A stretch of 64,000 nt of DNA from Octopus vulgaris (GCA_951406725.2 OX597826.1:58838001-58902000), one strand, 5' to 3'; shown: positions 27,041 to 38,895, numbered from the stretch's first letter. Made by a program: numbers and translations. The notes: a model not told the origin generated them from the sequence alone.

Positions 27041-27277
27041 ATCATCATCATCACCATCTTAATCACTAGAAGTAAGAAAAGAATGCCTGGCATATTTAGT
27101 TAAGTCCTTTTACTCTCTCATTGAATGTGACATTTGGGTCACGTTAGGTCGATAGCAGGTCGAAGAAAATAAGAATTACATATCAATATATACGACTAGT
27201 GTTTCACAATAAAGTGCTTCAGAGGTATAAGGTACTAATGAATATGTATGCGTGCGTTGTGTGCGCGTGTGTTGTAT

Positions 27278-27332
<55 letters not shown>

Positions 27333-27559
27333 CATTTGTGTATAGGCAAGCAGGATAAATAGAACTCAAAATATAAGTATATGCATATCTTTATTAATAT
27401 TTAGCAGAGGCAACAGGGTGACTCAAGGTCTGGGAGTTTCGAGCGTTGGCCCTTATCAAACTATATATATGTAAAGCTATGTTCCAAGCTTCAAAGTGTA
27501 GGAAGATAGTCAGTTTCGAACAGTCCGTAGAAGGTATAAAAAACAACTCGTTTGAATAA

Positions 27560-27812
27560 TTACCACTTCCGAGGTTCTGCTAGCTATGAAACATATGTAG
27601 CCTGGATTTTATTCACTGAATTTTCTAATTTTGGATTTTTTTTCGTCATTCTTCCTTTTTTCCCTTGGTCTTTCCTATGTTTCTTGTTTCCGAGGAAGAG
27701 CTATGCTCGAAATGTAAAACAACCACTCTTTTCCTTCTTATTAATAATTTACATGTGCTACGCCAACACGTTGTTGTTTTTTGTCTTTTATTCATATTTT
27801 TTTAAAATTAAC
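27560..27812 (+). mobile_element. Penelope-like pLTR fragment, 3' end at (TA)n
   Basis: Contains a hammerhead motif and a T-rich 3' end like the 57075 and 2559 fragments. Confidence 0.55.
27684..27722 (+). ncRNA. Minimal hammerhead-like motif, variant core CCGAGGA
   Basis: TTGTTT-CCGAGGA-A-GAGCtatGCTC-GAAA-TGT-A-AAACAA: 6-bp stem I, 4-bp stem II, stem III ATGT (likely CpG decay of ACGT). Confidence 0.5.
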
Positions 27813-27952
27813 TATATATATATATATATATATATACATATACAAACAAGCATGCATTCCGCATCAAACGTCTGCATGAGAGGTTCTCTTATGGTATCTA
27901 CCACAGTAAGTTGTGTTCTAACAGAACATACACCTTTATGTGGGAATGAATA

Positions 27953-28103
27953 GGTGCAGGTATGGCTGTGTGGTAAGTAGCTTGCTTACCAACCACATGG
28001 TTCTGGGTTCAGTCCCAATGTGTGGAACTTTGGGCAAGTGTCTTCTACTATATCCTCGGCCCTTGTGAGTGGATTTGGTAGACGGAAACTGAAAAAGCCC
28101 ATC

Positions 28104-28202
<99 letters not shown>

Positions 28203-28415
28203 CGTGCGCATGTATGTGTGTATTCGTGTGTCTGTGTTTGTCCCCCCACCATCGCTTGACAACCAATGTTGGTGTGCTTACATGCCCGTAACTTAGCAGT
28301 TCGGAAAAAGAGGGCGATAGGATAGGTACTAGGCTTACAAAGAATAAGCTCTGGGATCGATTTACTCGACTAAAGGCGGTGCTCCAGTATCGCCGCAGTC
28401 AAATGACTGAAACAA
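27953..28415 (+). mobile_element. SINE family A, tail interrupted by a Helitron (tail resumes at 29588)
   Basis: Matches the 6866 copy; ends AAATGACTGAAACAA and continues TGAAAGAATAAAAGA after 29587. Confidence 0.9.
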
Positions 28416-29587
28416 TCTCTTATTATAAAAGGCAGATTTTATCTGCCTCCCTTTGTCAGTTATAGAAATCTACAATATAGGATTTCTTCAATTACAATTT
28501 ACCTAGCATTTTTAAGAGTAGAATGCATCGGGTTTTGCCAGGTCCAGTTTCTAAAATTTAAACTCCAATTAAGCAAAATTTACAGAAAACTCACATTCTG
28601 GTGTGTATGTCAAATGCTTTTCTTAGTCTGGTTTACAGCACACGCAAACGCACACACACAGTGTGCAACGAATAAAGTGAAACTAGATGTAATATTTGTT
28701 TCTGTCTATCACGCTGATAGATACATGAGTAAAATGTATGGCAAGCTAACAGATAAGAGTGAGTGAAAATGTTCTTGGAAGAGAGTAAATAGCGACAGAG
28801 TGATTTGAGGAAGACTAAACTGAAAGTATGAAACAGTGTTTATGTATAAACAGACGACACTTATATAAACCCTTTCGTTACCAAACCGCCCGAATTTACC
28901 TATTCATATTTAAATGAGAATATCAGAGTAAATCTCTTTAGTACATTCGTGAAAACACGTATTATACTTCGTAAACACTTCAAATACAGTTTTGTACAAA
29001 AATCGAAGTGTAATTTTAATTCCGTGAATTATGGGAGATTTTTTTCCGAAATTTGTTCCTATTGTGTTTTCAAAATTTGTAATTCTGACAAAAAATGGAT
29101 ACGATTTTCATTATATCAAGCAGCGAGTCAGAATTCGAAGGATTTTCTAGTGAAGACCTTCATAAATCTAACTCTATGACTGAAAAAAAAGCATCTTTAT
29201 ATAAGAGTGAAGTTGTGTGTCTGTCTCCTACGATTTAGATTCGTAACTACTCCCACATTTTGCGGTGCAGTTTAACCAAAAGCGGGTATCTTATAGTCGT
29301 GATTCATATCGAGCCCTTCTGGGTATTAGCGCGCGTCTACGATGAGTCTACGATTTTAAAAAAATTTACCATCATATTTTTCCATTTTAATGCATTTTTT
29401 TCGCTTTTATATAAGGGAAGTAACTCTCTAAAAATATCTACGATGTGTCAACGATTTAAAAAAAAATTTACCTTAATTTTTTTCAATTTTTAATGCATTT
29501 TTTTGCTATTTTTTGGCTATAACTCTCTAAAAATGCTTATATAGTTATTTCCATTACAACCCGAGCAACGCCGGGCGATACTGCTAG
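28416..29587 (+). mobile_element. Non-autonomous Helitron (composite)
   Basis: 5' TC, 3' CTAG preceded by the GC-rich hairpin CCCGAGCAACGCCGGG; inserted between A and T with no TSD; related copies at 58850 and 59675. Confidence 0.9.
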
Positions 29588-29842
29588 TGAAAGAATAAAA
29601 GAAAACAAAAAAGAATATATATAAATATATATTGAAATCTTCTAAGGGTAGAATTTGACTGTGACCGCAAAGTTTTGACATTTTAATGCTCATTAGACTG
29701 ACAGACGAAGGGAAAGTCACTGTCAGCCTTTCCTTGTAAATGTTTAATAAACACGTATATATTTGTGACAAAAGCAAATGCGGCACCTTGTTAAGACAGC
29801 CTCATCAACGGACTCCCACAAATCCGGAACTTTAGATAGGCA

Positions 29843-29953
29843 GATGATGAGAAGAGGAGGGAGAAGTGGAGAAGAAGGCAGGAGAGTAGGAGCAGGAAGA
29901 GAGGACGGAAAAGATGGGGATATTAGCTCTTATTGTGGTGGTGGTGGTAGTTA

Positions 29954-29990
<37 letters not shown>

Positions 29991-30028
29991 TAGCCATAAG
30001 ACCTGAAATTTTGGAAAGGGGGCCAGTT
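29843..30028 (-). repeat. Right (source) arm of the 186-bp inverted duplication
   Basis: Matches 26855-27040 and continues into the SINE B body at 30029. Confidence 0.92.
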
Positions 30029-30610
30029 AGATCGACCCTAGTACTCAACTGGTACTTAATTTGTTGACCCCGAAAGGATGAAAGGCAAAGTCGACCTCGG
30101 CGGAATTTGAACTCAGAACGTAGTGACAGACGAAATACCTATTTCTTTACTACCCACAAGGGGCTAAACACAGACAGAAAGGACAAACAAGGACAGACAA
30201 ACGGATTAAGTCGATTATATCGACCCCAGTGCGTAACTGGTACTTATTTAATCGACCCCGAAAGGATGAAAGGCAAAGTCGACCTCAGTGGAATTTGAAC
30301 TCAGAACGTAATGGCAGACGAAATACCGCTAAGCATCTCGTCCTGCGTGCAAACGATTCTGCCTGCGCGAACAACAATGATGATGATGATGATTGTGATT
30401 TTAAATTTTTGCAGAAGGCAATCAACGTTTGTGGGAAGGAATAAGTCTATTACATCAACCCAATGTTCAACTGGTACTTACTTTTATGGTCCCCTAACGG
30501 ATGAAAGGCAAAGTAGACCTCGGCGGAATTGAACTGAGTATGTAAAAATGGACTAAGTCCCATCAGCCACTTCACCCCGCGTGCTAACAATTCTGTTATC
30601 TCGCCACCTT
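30000..30610 (-). mobile_element. SINE family B multimer (three core units)
   Basis: Three successive GGATGAAAGGCAAAGT(C/A)GACCTC cores. Confidence 0.85.
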
Positions 30611-30659
30611 AATAATAAGAAGAATTTTTAAAATGTATTATTATTATTATTATTATTAC

Positions 30660-30696
<37 letters not shown>

Positions 30697-31244
30697 GAGT
30701 GAGCGAGCAGAGCATGCCATCAAAGTGACGCTGGGGTAAAATATACGAAGCCCAGTATACCCATCATGACTACCCGTCTGATAAGGGTACACCAGGCACA
30801 TGCATCACAACCATATGTGCGCGACATGGTGATCTCTTATCAAGATAAACAGCACATGACCTTGCAGGTGGAGCCCAGTTAGAATTTTCTTCAGATCGAG
30901 TAACCCATCCCGCTCAAACGGTCCCTGAATAAGGGTTGTTTAAGGATGTTGAAAGAACCACCCATGTTTCCAGAGGTGAATTATTCAAACCCCAAAGAAT
31001 CCCTCTCAACACATGGCTATGATGCTCTCCCACTACTTCTGCTCGTGATCAGAGATGCACATATCGTCAGTCACTAAGGGACATGCTCAACTGGTTAAGG
31101 TCAAACAACTGACAAGCAAATCTGTGGTATTGAGCAGAATATTTGCTGTAGCCCATCTTTTATACCAAGACAAAACAATGTACATGATAACACTTCCAAT
31201 CAGTTAAGATCAGAAGCCATGAGAGCCACTGCCTGGTACTGCAT
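30697..31244 (-). mobile_element. ~545-bp non-coding interspersed element in a (TAA)n tract, possibly a non-autonomous Dong/R4-type element
   Basis: Flanked on both sides by (ATT)n; partial copy at 897. Family assignment is inferred from target preference only. Confidence 0.6.
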
Positions 31245-31251
31245 CATTATT

Positions 31252-31282
<31 letters not shown>

Positions 31283-31361
31283 TTAACATCATCATTATTA
31301 TTATTATTAACATCATCATTATTATTATTATTATTATCATTATTATTATTATTATTATTAT

Positions 31362-31402
<41 letters not shown>

Positions 31403-32149
31403 ATATGAAGAAGAAAGGAAAAAGAGGTAGAGAAGAGGGAGCAGGAGGTGGAGGAGGAGGGGGAATGGAGGATTTGGAGGAAGGAAAATACTGTCCAGGC
31501 ATGATTGTTCACTCAATAGACAAATGCAAGAAATACACAAATAAATGAATAAGGAAAGGGAAAAGGAAAGAAAGAAAAGGGCAGAAAGAAAGAAAGAAAG
31601 AAAGAAGGGAGGGGGAAAGAGGAATAGAAAGTTGTTATCTGTTTATCCGGTCAGAGATTTTGTGAAATCGGTGAGTCAGATTTGCAGCAAACAAGTAAGC
31701 GACCCACTTAACGACCATCTCATCTCAGAATTTGGGATCGTGTCAATTAAAGGAAGACGATGCTATTGGAACATTATATTAATTAGTACTGGACTATTAT
31801 GAAGCCAATATTATGGGTCAGTGCTGCAATCGCCGCTCGTTCAAGAGATCTTGGAGTGCTGCTGATTCGCATTTTATATTCATCACATTCTACAGATTTT
31901 TATGGTTGGCTGATAGGCAAAAACCTGTAAATGCCAATTCGGCTGTAATACACTCACCGTTTCTGCATATTAAAGAGGACATTTTCGAATGGATAGAACG
32001 TTCTACGTATATTTATGAAAGCTATTCTTTGAATTGACTGGGATGCCTTCGATTCAACAGCTACTCCTGGTAATTGATTCTGGGTTTGTAGCCCTAGATT
32101 GTTGCGTTTCTTTCTTTTCTAATTTATGTGGAGAGCTTCTTCTTGATGA

Positions 32150-32320
32150 CTAATGGAATTCCAACATGTCGTCTTTGTTCGGTTTGACGTTTCCTGTTAT
32201 TATCTTATAAGCATATATCATGTTTACTGTCAGACGTCTGTGTTGCTCTGAAAAGAATATCAAGCGCTTTAATTTCGGATTAATACTGTATGCTCCTTAA
32301 AAATCTGCTTAGAATTTGCA
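32150..32320 (-). pseudogene. CR1/L2-like LINE reverse transcriptase C-terminal relic
   Basis: Minus-strand translation LKRLIFFSEQHRRLTVNMIYAYKIITG resembles the L..FSLE.RR.RGDMI..YKI..G motif. Confidence 0.55.
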
Positions 32321-32809
32321 AACTGATAAGTAGAGTCACTGAAATATGCAGTATCTATTGTGAAGTTATTTAAGAATTGCTTAGAAATCCGAGGTAATAA
32401 AAGGAAACACACGACTAGGAATAAGAGCGATTGAAAATAAATAGAAATACAACACGCGATAAGAATTTTCTAGGGAAACACACATACACACACGGAATTC
32501 AAACAAGTGTTTATCGGATTTGTTTTTAGCAAGATGGTTCAAACTGAGCAAATGGTGATGGTTGTGCTGGGTTATCTGAGTTATAAAGATCATGAAAAAT
32601 CCTCTGAATAACTGAGAGGCACAGCTATTTACTGAAAGTAGCCCCATTCTTCTTTGACTTTGCTACTACATGCGCGATAACCTCCAAAATCAACGGATTG
32701 CATTTAAAATATGTCAATATACTACTGAAATATAATGCTCTTCTTTTCCCTTCTCACTCGAAACAAATTCAAAACAAAAGCATTTCAGCATAAAATAGCT
32801 GCTGCATCG

Positions 32810-33358
32810 ATAAACACTAAACATTGTAATAAAAGGCTCTAAAATATGTCGTGTTAGCCCTTAAACACCATCATTTAAGGTTCGAAAAACTGGCATATTA
32901 GCCCCTAAGTATTGTCATGTAAGTCCGTAATTGCTATCATGCAAACCCCCAAGACACAGCCAAGAAAACTTTTAAACACTGTTATGTAAGCTCCTACATG
33001 CGAGACACATCCTACGTGCTAAACCCCTAGACGCATCCATCTAACCCTGCAAATATTGTTTATTAAGCTGCTAAACACTATAATACAAGGCTCTAAAAGT
33101 TGTCACGTTAGCCCCTTAAAGATTGTTATATTAGCCCCAAAATAATGTCAAGTAGATTTCTAATGTGCCATCTTTTAAATCCTTGCCATGTAAAATCCTA
33201 AATATTATGTAATTTTCTAAATACTATTAATATCATATAAAGCTCTAAGCTTGTCATGTTTGTCAATAAATATTATGTAAACCCCAAAACACAGTCATGT
33301 TATCTCCTAAACGCTGAAATATGGCTCTGAAAATTGACATCTTAGTCCATAAACATTG
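32810..33358. repeat. Old degenerate ~21-22-bp minisatellite (approx. TAAACACTGTCATGTTAGCCCC)
   Basis: Recurrent TTAGCCCC/TAAACAC/GTCATG motifs at roughly 21-22-bp spacing. Confidence 0.65.
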
Positions 33359-33383
33359 TTGCTGTTGTTGTTGTTGTTGTGTG

Positions 33384-33432
<49 letters not shown>

Positions 33433-33509
33433 ATGAAAATATCTTTAATATTAATATCCAGCAAGAATAAAGCACCATATAGGTAGAATTATAAATATAT
33501 AAAGCTGGC

Positions 33510-33954
33510 GTACATATAGTACGAGCATTGCTAGAAATAGCAGCCGGTAAGTTTACGGTGCTATGTAGAGCTTCATAGGCGGAGATGTGTGAGGGAGGTA
33601 AATATAGGAAAATTCTGTCTTATCTTTACCGTTAGAGGAATAAAGGATAACTCAATACTGCAGTTTCAAACTGCAGTTCCAAACTCGCGTGGGCGCCAAT
33701 CTGACTGGTTATCGTCTGTTGAGTCTACCATAGACGATAACCAATCAAATATGTGCTCATGCACGTGATCTGAAGAGTTTGAAACCTCAGTATTGAGTTA
33801 TCCTTTATTCTTCTTATGGTCTCCGCAGAGTAAGACAGAATTCTCCTATATTCACCACCCGCACACATCTCTGCCTGTAAATATTCAGTGAAGATTTACA
33901 TAGCACCGTAACCTTACCGGCTGCTATTTCTAGCAATGATCATACTTCGTGTAC
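33510..33954. mobile_element. 445-bp foldback/MITE-like element that is almost entirely an inverted repeat
   Basis: CATTGCTAGAAATAGCAGCCGGTAAG (33526) pairs with CTTACCGGCTGCTATTTCTAGCAATG (ends 33938); pairing continues inward to GGTTATCGTCT/AGACGATAACC around 33725. Confidence 0.85.
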
Positions 33955-33964
33955 ACCTACTTTA

Positions 33965-34123
<159 letters not shown>

Positions 34124-34130
34124 ATATACA

Positions 34131-34286
34131 TAAAAGTTTTCAGAATGAGATAAGAATCCAAGGCTGTGAAAGATTTTAGAACATTTATAAATAGGTCTTA
34201 CAGTTGTTTCCGGGATATTTTATAGATCCCTTCATCGGAGACGGTGTGAGAAGATGATTAAGCAATAGTTATTTTAGATGAGATAT
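34131..34286 (-). mobile_element. Penelope-like pLTR fragment, 3' end at (TA)n
   Basis: Carries the hammerhead motif at 34195-34242 and abuts the (TCTA)n(TA)n tract. Confidence 0.55.
34195..34242 (-). ncRNA. Minimal hammerhead-like motif, variant core CCGAUGA
   Basis: Minus strand reads GTCT-CCGATGA-A-GGGAT(loop)ATCCC-G-GAAA-CAACTGT-A-AGAC; stem III is one change from the palindrome ACAGCTGT. Confidence 0.6.
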
Positions 34287-34659
34287 GTCTGGAATTTTCA
34301 TTAAATCACATTGTTCTGTTTTCTATATTAAATAAATGTCTGCTAGGCGCAGACATGGCTGGGTGATTAAGAAACTCGCTTCGAAACCACATGGTTTCAG
34401 GTTCATTCCCACTGCACAGATTGAAGTGGAAGAATGAAAATAGACGTGAAATATGCAGGGATACTGCATCTGTAGATCCATTATTTAGGCAGAATGGTAT
34501 ACGTATAAGATTCCAACACCTTGTGAGTAAGTTCCAATAGTATTTAATATTGGTCATTCCAAGTACACAGAGTTTGTACACAGTGTTATTGAATCGAGGG
34601 TTTTATTTAAAGGGTCTTATTGACACCATTACCTCTCATAACCCCGCGCTCTCTCTCTC

Positions 34660-34719
<60 letters not shown>

Positions 34720-34963
34720 TATATTTGAGTGTGTGTGTGTGTGTTTGTGTGTTTGTGTGAGACCACTTCACATAGTTTCTGTCTGTCAAATTCACTCTCA
34801 AGGCTATAGTGGAAGATACTTCTCATGGGGCTGTGCAGTGGGAATGAACCTGAAACCATGTGGTTACGAAGTGAGTTTCTTAACCACCCAGCCATATCTG
34901 CGCCTAGCAGACATTTATTTAATATAGAAAACAGAACAATGTGATTTAATGAAAATTCCAGAC
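34287..34963. repeat. 133-bp inverted duplication (34287-34419 / 34831-34963) of a SINE A head plus unique flank
   Basis: Arms match by eye with a few substitutions; 411-bp spacer. Confidence 0.92.
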
Positions 34964-35318
34964 GTAAGGGAAACAGAGAGACAAACAACAGCTCAGTGAC
35001 TAATGATTATGAAATCAGGTCAAGGCTAAATCTAAAATATATTTAATTAAAAGTGGGATTAGGCAGTGAATTAACAGATTCGTTAAGGTGAATCAGCGGC
35101 GTCTGTTAGATCTGCTCTCATTTAGGCGCAAGGTTAGCAATCTTTTTGAAACAAGTTGTTGAGGAAAGAAAGGCAAATATGGCTTCCTGAGATTTGAATG
35201 ATAGTATGTAAAGAACTGAGAAATTTTGTCTGACGCTCTAACGATCTGCCGAGTCCCTGCATTTTGCCGCAGCCTGGCAATATTTTTTTCCGGTTTCCTA
35301 AATTCATGTGTTCCATAA

Positions 35319-35530
35319 TCTATCTATATATATATAAAACTGAGAATGTGCGTCTTTCTGCCTATATGTGTGCATCACTAAAGCTCCAGAACTACTCAAC
35401 AGATTTCACTCAAATTTTACACATGCAGTGTCATGGGCTAATAAAATTTTCAACTTCTTGCCTTATGCGAGCCTGGAGCAATCTCTTATCTCTTACACTA
35501 TTTCTGTATTACGTGTCCAAAGTGAAACAA
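35319..35530 (+). mobile_element. Probable Helitron 5' fragment
   Basis: A|TCTATCTATATATATAAAACTGAG start resembles the 5' end at 51859; no 3' CTAG hairpin found. Confidence 0.45.
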
Positions 35531-35579
35531 TAACATATTGATTGTAATACATACATACATACATACATACATACATACA

Positions 35580-35615
<36 letters not shown>

Positions 35616-35627
35616 CATATGTATTTA

Positions 35628-35701
<74 letters not shown>

Positions 35702-35906
35702 TACATATATATGTATGTATATATGTATAGATATTGAATTAAGAGACAGAACCTCCATAAAGTAATTCCATAAATAATGAAAGATATTATCTATAATAAA
35801 ATATAAATTTAAATATATTATTATAAATATTGTACTAAAAATTGCTATACTAAGTAATACACATTAAAAACATACTCATTAAAACGACACTATTATTAAT
35901 ATTGTA

Positions 35907-36248
35907 CTAAAATTTTCTATACAAAATAATACACATTAAAAACAAATTCACATTAAAACGACGACGCGCGTTTCGTGACGATGTATTCAAATCGACAATA
36001 TGAAAATCGATAATCTCTCTAAAACGAATATTTCTTCGATCCAACGATACATAGCCACTCTTAGTACTCTCTACATCGTTATTATTATATGTTTTAATAT
36101 TATTGTAGTAGGCTTTCCATTTAAACCTATTAATAATATTTTTTACATTATTAATTAGTTTTAACATATATTCTTTTTTAGGTTGTATAGGGATATCTTT
36201 CAAAGATGAATTCCAAAATAGCGGTTCTATCTTCCCTGCAGTCTCCAT
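35907..36248 (-). pseudogene. Penelope-like element ORF N-terminal fragment joined to a pLTR end
   Basis: SLKDIPIQPKKEYMLKLINNVKNIINRFKWKAYY resembles PLE N-termini (SLKNIP..Y...LI......I.R.RWKA); hammerhead 3' half GAAACGCGCGTC at 35963-35974 (-). Confidence 0.65.
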
Positions 36249-36479
36249 AACTAACGGAATTGATAGTTAAATACAATCAACAAACTTTAGTAATTAATAT
36301 AGTAATATTATTAGTGTTATAATTATTAATAGTAGGGAATATAAAATTCCAAGGCATGAGGGGATATAAGGATAAAGATATCCTCAGACCGAAGACCTCA
36401 CCCAAATTCTTGCAACAGACTGGATTCTAAACTCACTGAATATACCTGGTGTTGATATTCTTTTCTACTCTACGCCAAA

Positions 36480-37310
36480 ATTTCTGGGGGAGGGGAGCCA
36501 TTCTATTAGATTGACCCCAGTACGCAACTGGTACTTAATTTATCGACCCCGAAAGGACGAAAAGCAGAGTCGATGAAAGGCGGAATTTGAACTCAGATCG
36601 TAAAGACAGACGAAATACCTATTTCTTTACTACCCACAAGGGGCTAAACACAGAGAGAAGACAAACAAGGACAGACGGATTAAGTCGATTATATCGACCC
36701 TAGTACTCAACTGGTACTTAATTTATCGACCCCGTAAGGATGAAAGGTAAAGTCGACCTCGGCGGAATTTGACCTCAGAACGTAGCGGCAGCCGAAATAC
36801 CGCTAAGCATTTCGCCCGGCGTGCTAAAGATTCTACTGGCACGCCGCCTCACATGGTGGTGATATTAAAGGGGCGACATTTAAGGTCTATCGCACAAGAA
36901 AGACATAACAGGATTTGAACTCACAACGCAATGAGGTGGAACAAATCTCACAAGTGCCTAATCCGACATGTTTTCGTCCAAGTTTGCATTCTTGACTGGT
37001 ACTTTATTTATCGATTCCAGAAGGGTGAAATACAAATTAGCCTTGGCAGGATTTGAACTCAGAGCACAATGAATCGGAATAAATATTACAAAGTATCTTC
37101 TCCGACTTCCTAACGTTTCTGTTAATCCGCCGCCCTAGATTTTATTTATCTACCTGAGAGGGACGATATGCAAAGTTGACCTGAGGGGGACGATATGCAA
37201 AGTTGACCTGAGGGGGACGATATGCAAAGTTGACCTGAGAAGGACTTGAACTCAGAAAGCAATGAACGGAGCAAATACTACAAATAATCCAGTACGACTC
37301 TAATCCCCGC
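36480..37310 (-). mobile_element. SINE family B dimer (36480-36850) followed by three degenerate related units
   Basis: Repeated GGA(A)TTTGAACTCA motifs. Confidence 0.75.
37152..37238 (+). repeat. 27-bp tandem repeat, three copies
   Basis: ACCTGAG recurs at 37152, 37179, 37206 and 37233. Confidence 0.95.
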
Positions 37311-37339
37311 TTCGAGGATGCTAGATTATTTGTCTGCTT

Positions 37340-37960
37340 TAAGGCAGCGACCTGGTGGAATCGTTAGCAAGCCGGGCGAAATGCTTAGCGGTATTTCGTC
37401 TGCCGTTACTTTCTGAGTTCAAATTCCGCCGAGGTTGACTTTACTTTTCATCCTTTCGGGATCGATAAATTATGTACCAGTTACGCACTGGAGTCGATAT
37501 AATCGACTTAATCCGTTTGTATGTCCTTGTTTGTCCTCTCTGTGTTTAGCCCCTTGTGGGTAGTAAAGAAATAGGTATTTCGTCTGTCACTACGTTCTGA
37601 GTTCAAATTCCGCCGAGGTCGACTTCGCCTTTCATCCTTTCGGGGACGATCAAATAAGTACCAGTTACGCACTGGGGTCGATATAATCGACTTAATCCCT
37701 TTGTCTGTCCCCTCTATGTTTAGCCCCTTGCGGGCAATAAAGAAATAAGAATCGTTAGCACGCTGGGCAAAATGCTGAATAGCATTTCGTCTGTCTTTAC
37801 GTTCTCAGATCAAATTCCAACCAGGTCGAATTTACCTTTCATCCTTTCGTGGGCGATAAAATTTATAAAGTGAGTACCTGTCATGTACTGTGTTCGATGC
37901 AATCGACTTTTCTCTCCCCCTCAAAAATCTGCAGACCCTGGGCCATGACTTGAAAACATT
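37340..37960 (+). mobile_element. SINE family B trimer
   Basis: Head AAGGCAGCGACCTGG and three cores. Confidence 0.88.
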
Positions 37961-38651
37961 ATTTCTCGGCTTCGGAATGATGAAAGGAAAAGTTGCTCTT
38001 GGTGGAACTGGAGTACAGAACATTAAGTTCCAAAGTATTATTGCATTATGTATCGTTTGATGCTCTTAGAATTCTGCCTATAAATTTAGATTGCTTTGAC
38101 CAGATTTAATTAATATTAGTTAATCAGCTTTACTCCGTTAACTAGCACTCACTCAACTACTGTGTTCTGTGTAGAGGACATTGCTGTTGATTTCCGTGAG
38201 TCATATTGGTTAATCGCTGATCACAGATGACCTGATACCGTTATTGCGACAAACGACATATTTTTATACCTGATGACCTCACCGTTGACCAACATTAAAC
38301 AGTGAGATTTTTATGTGGTCACTCGACCTGCTAGAAATAGCAGTCGAATAGCTACAAATTTCACTTTTACCGATACAATGCATTGCGAGGTCCTAAGTCA
38401 TTAAAGAGAAGAGATGGTCACGGTTGGAACCACCTTGACTATAAGTCTGATTAATCGGAGCAGACATTAGGCTAAACAACTATAACATATTTTTCTTCTT
38501 TTACTTGTTTCAGTCATTGGACTGCGCCCATACTGTAGCACCGGCCTTGAAGTGTTTAGTCGAACAAATCAACTAAACTCGTAGTTTTATTTGTTTTAAA
38601 GCCTAGAACTTATTCTGTATATTGTAGTATTTATTATATACATATATCGTA

Positions 38652-38895
38652 ATCATTATTTAACGTCCATTGTCCATGCTGGCATGGATTGGACGGTTTG
38701 ACCAGAACTGAGAAACTAGGGAGTTGTGCCAGTCTCCAGTCTGATTTGGCAGGATTTCTAAGGTTGGATGCCCTTCTTAATGCAAACCGCATACAGTATG
38801 CTTGGTACTTTTACGAGACACCGCGCGGACGCTATTACGTGGCACCGCCGCAAGGGCGTTTTACGTGACGCCGCACTGGCTCTTTTACATGATGC
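38652..38895 (-). mobile_element. Interspersed repeat fragment resembling an RTE-type SINE tail
   Basis: TTTAACGTCC..CCATGCTGGCATGG..TGGATGCCCTTC motif recalled from octopus repeats. Confidence 0.45.

Noticed and set aside
28949-29179. ORF conserved in two places (also 59259-59639)
   Set aside because: The similarity comes from two copies of one Helitron, not from coding constraint.
32840-33140. Telomere-like TAACCC/TAGCCC motifs
   Set aside because: Isolated motifs within a longer-period minisatellite; no (TTAGGG)n array is present.
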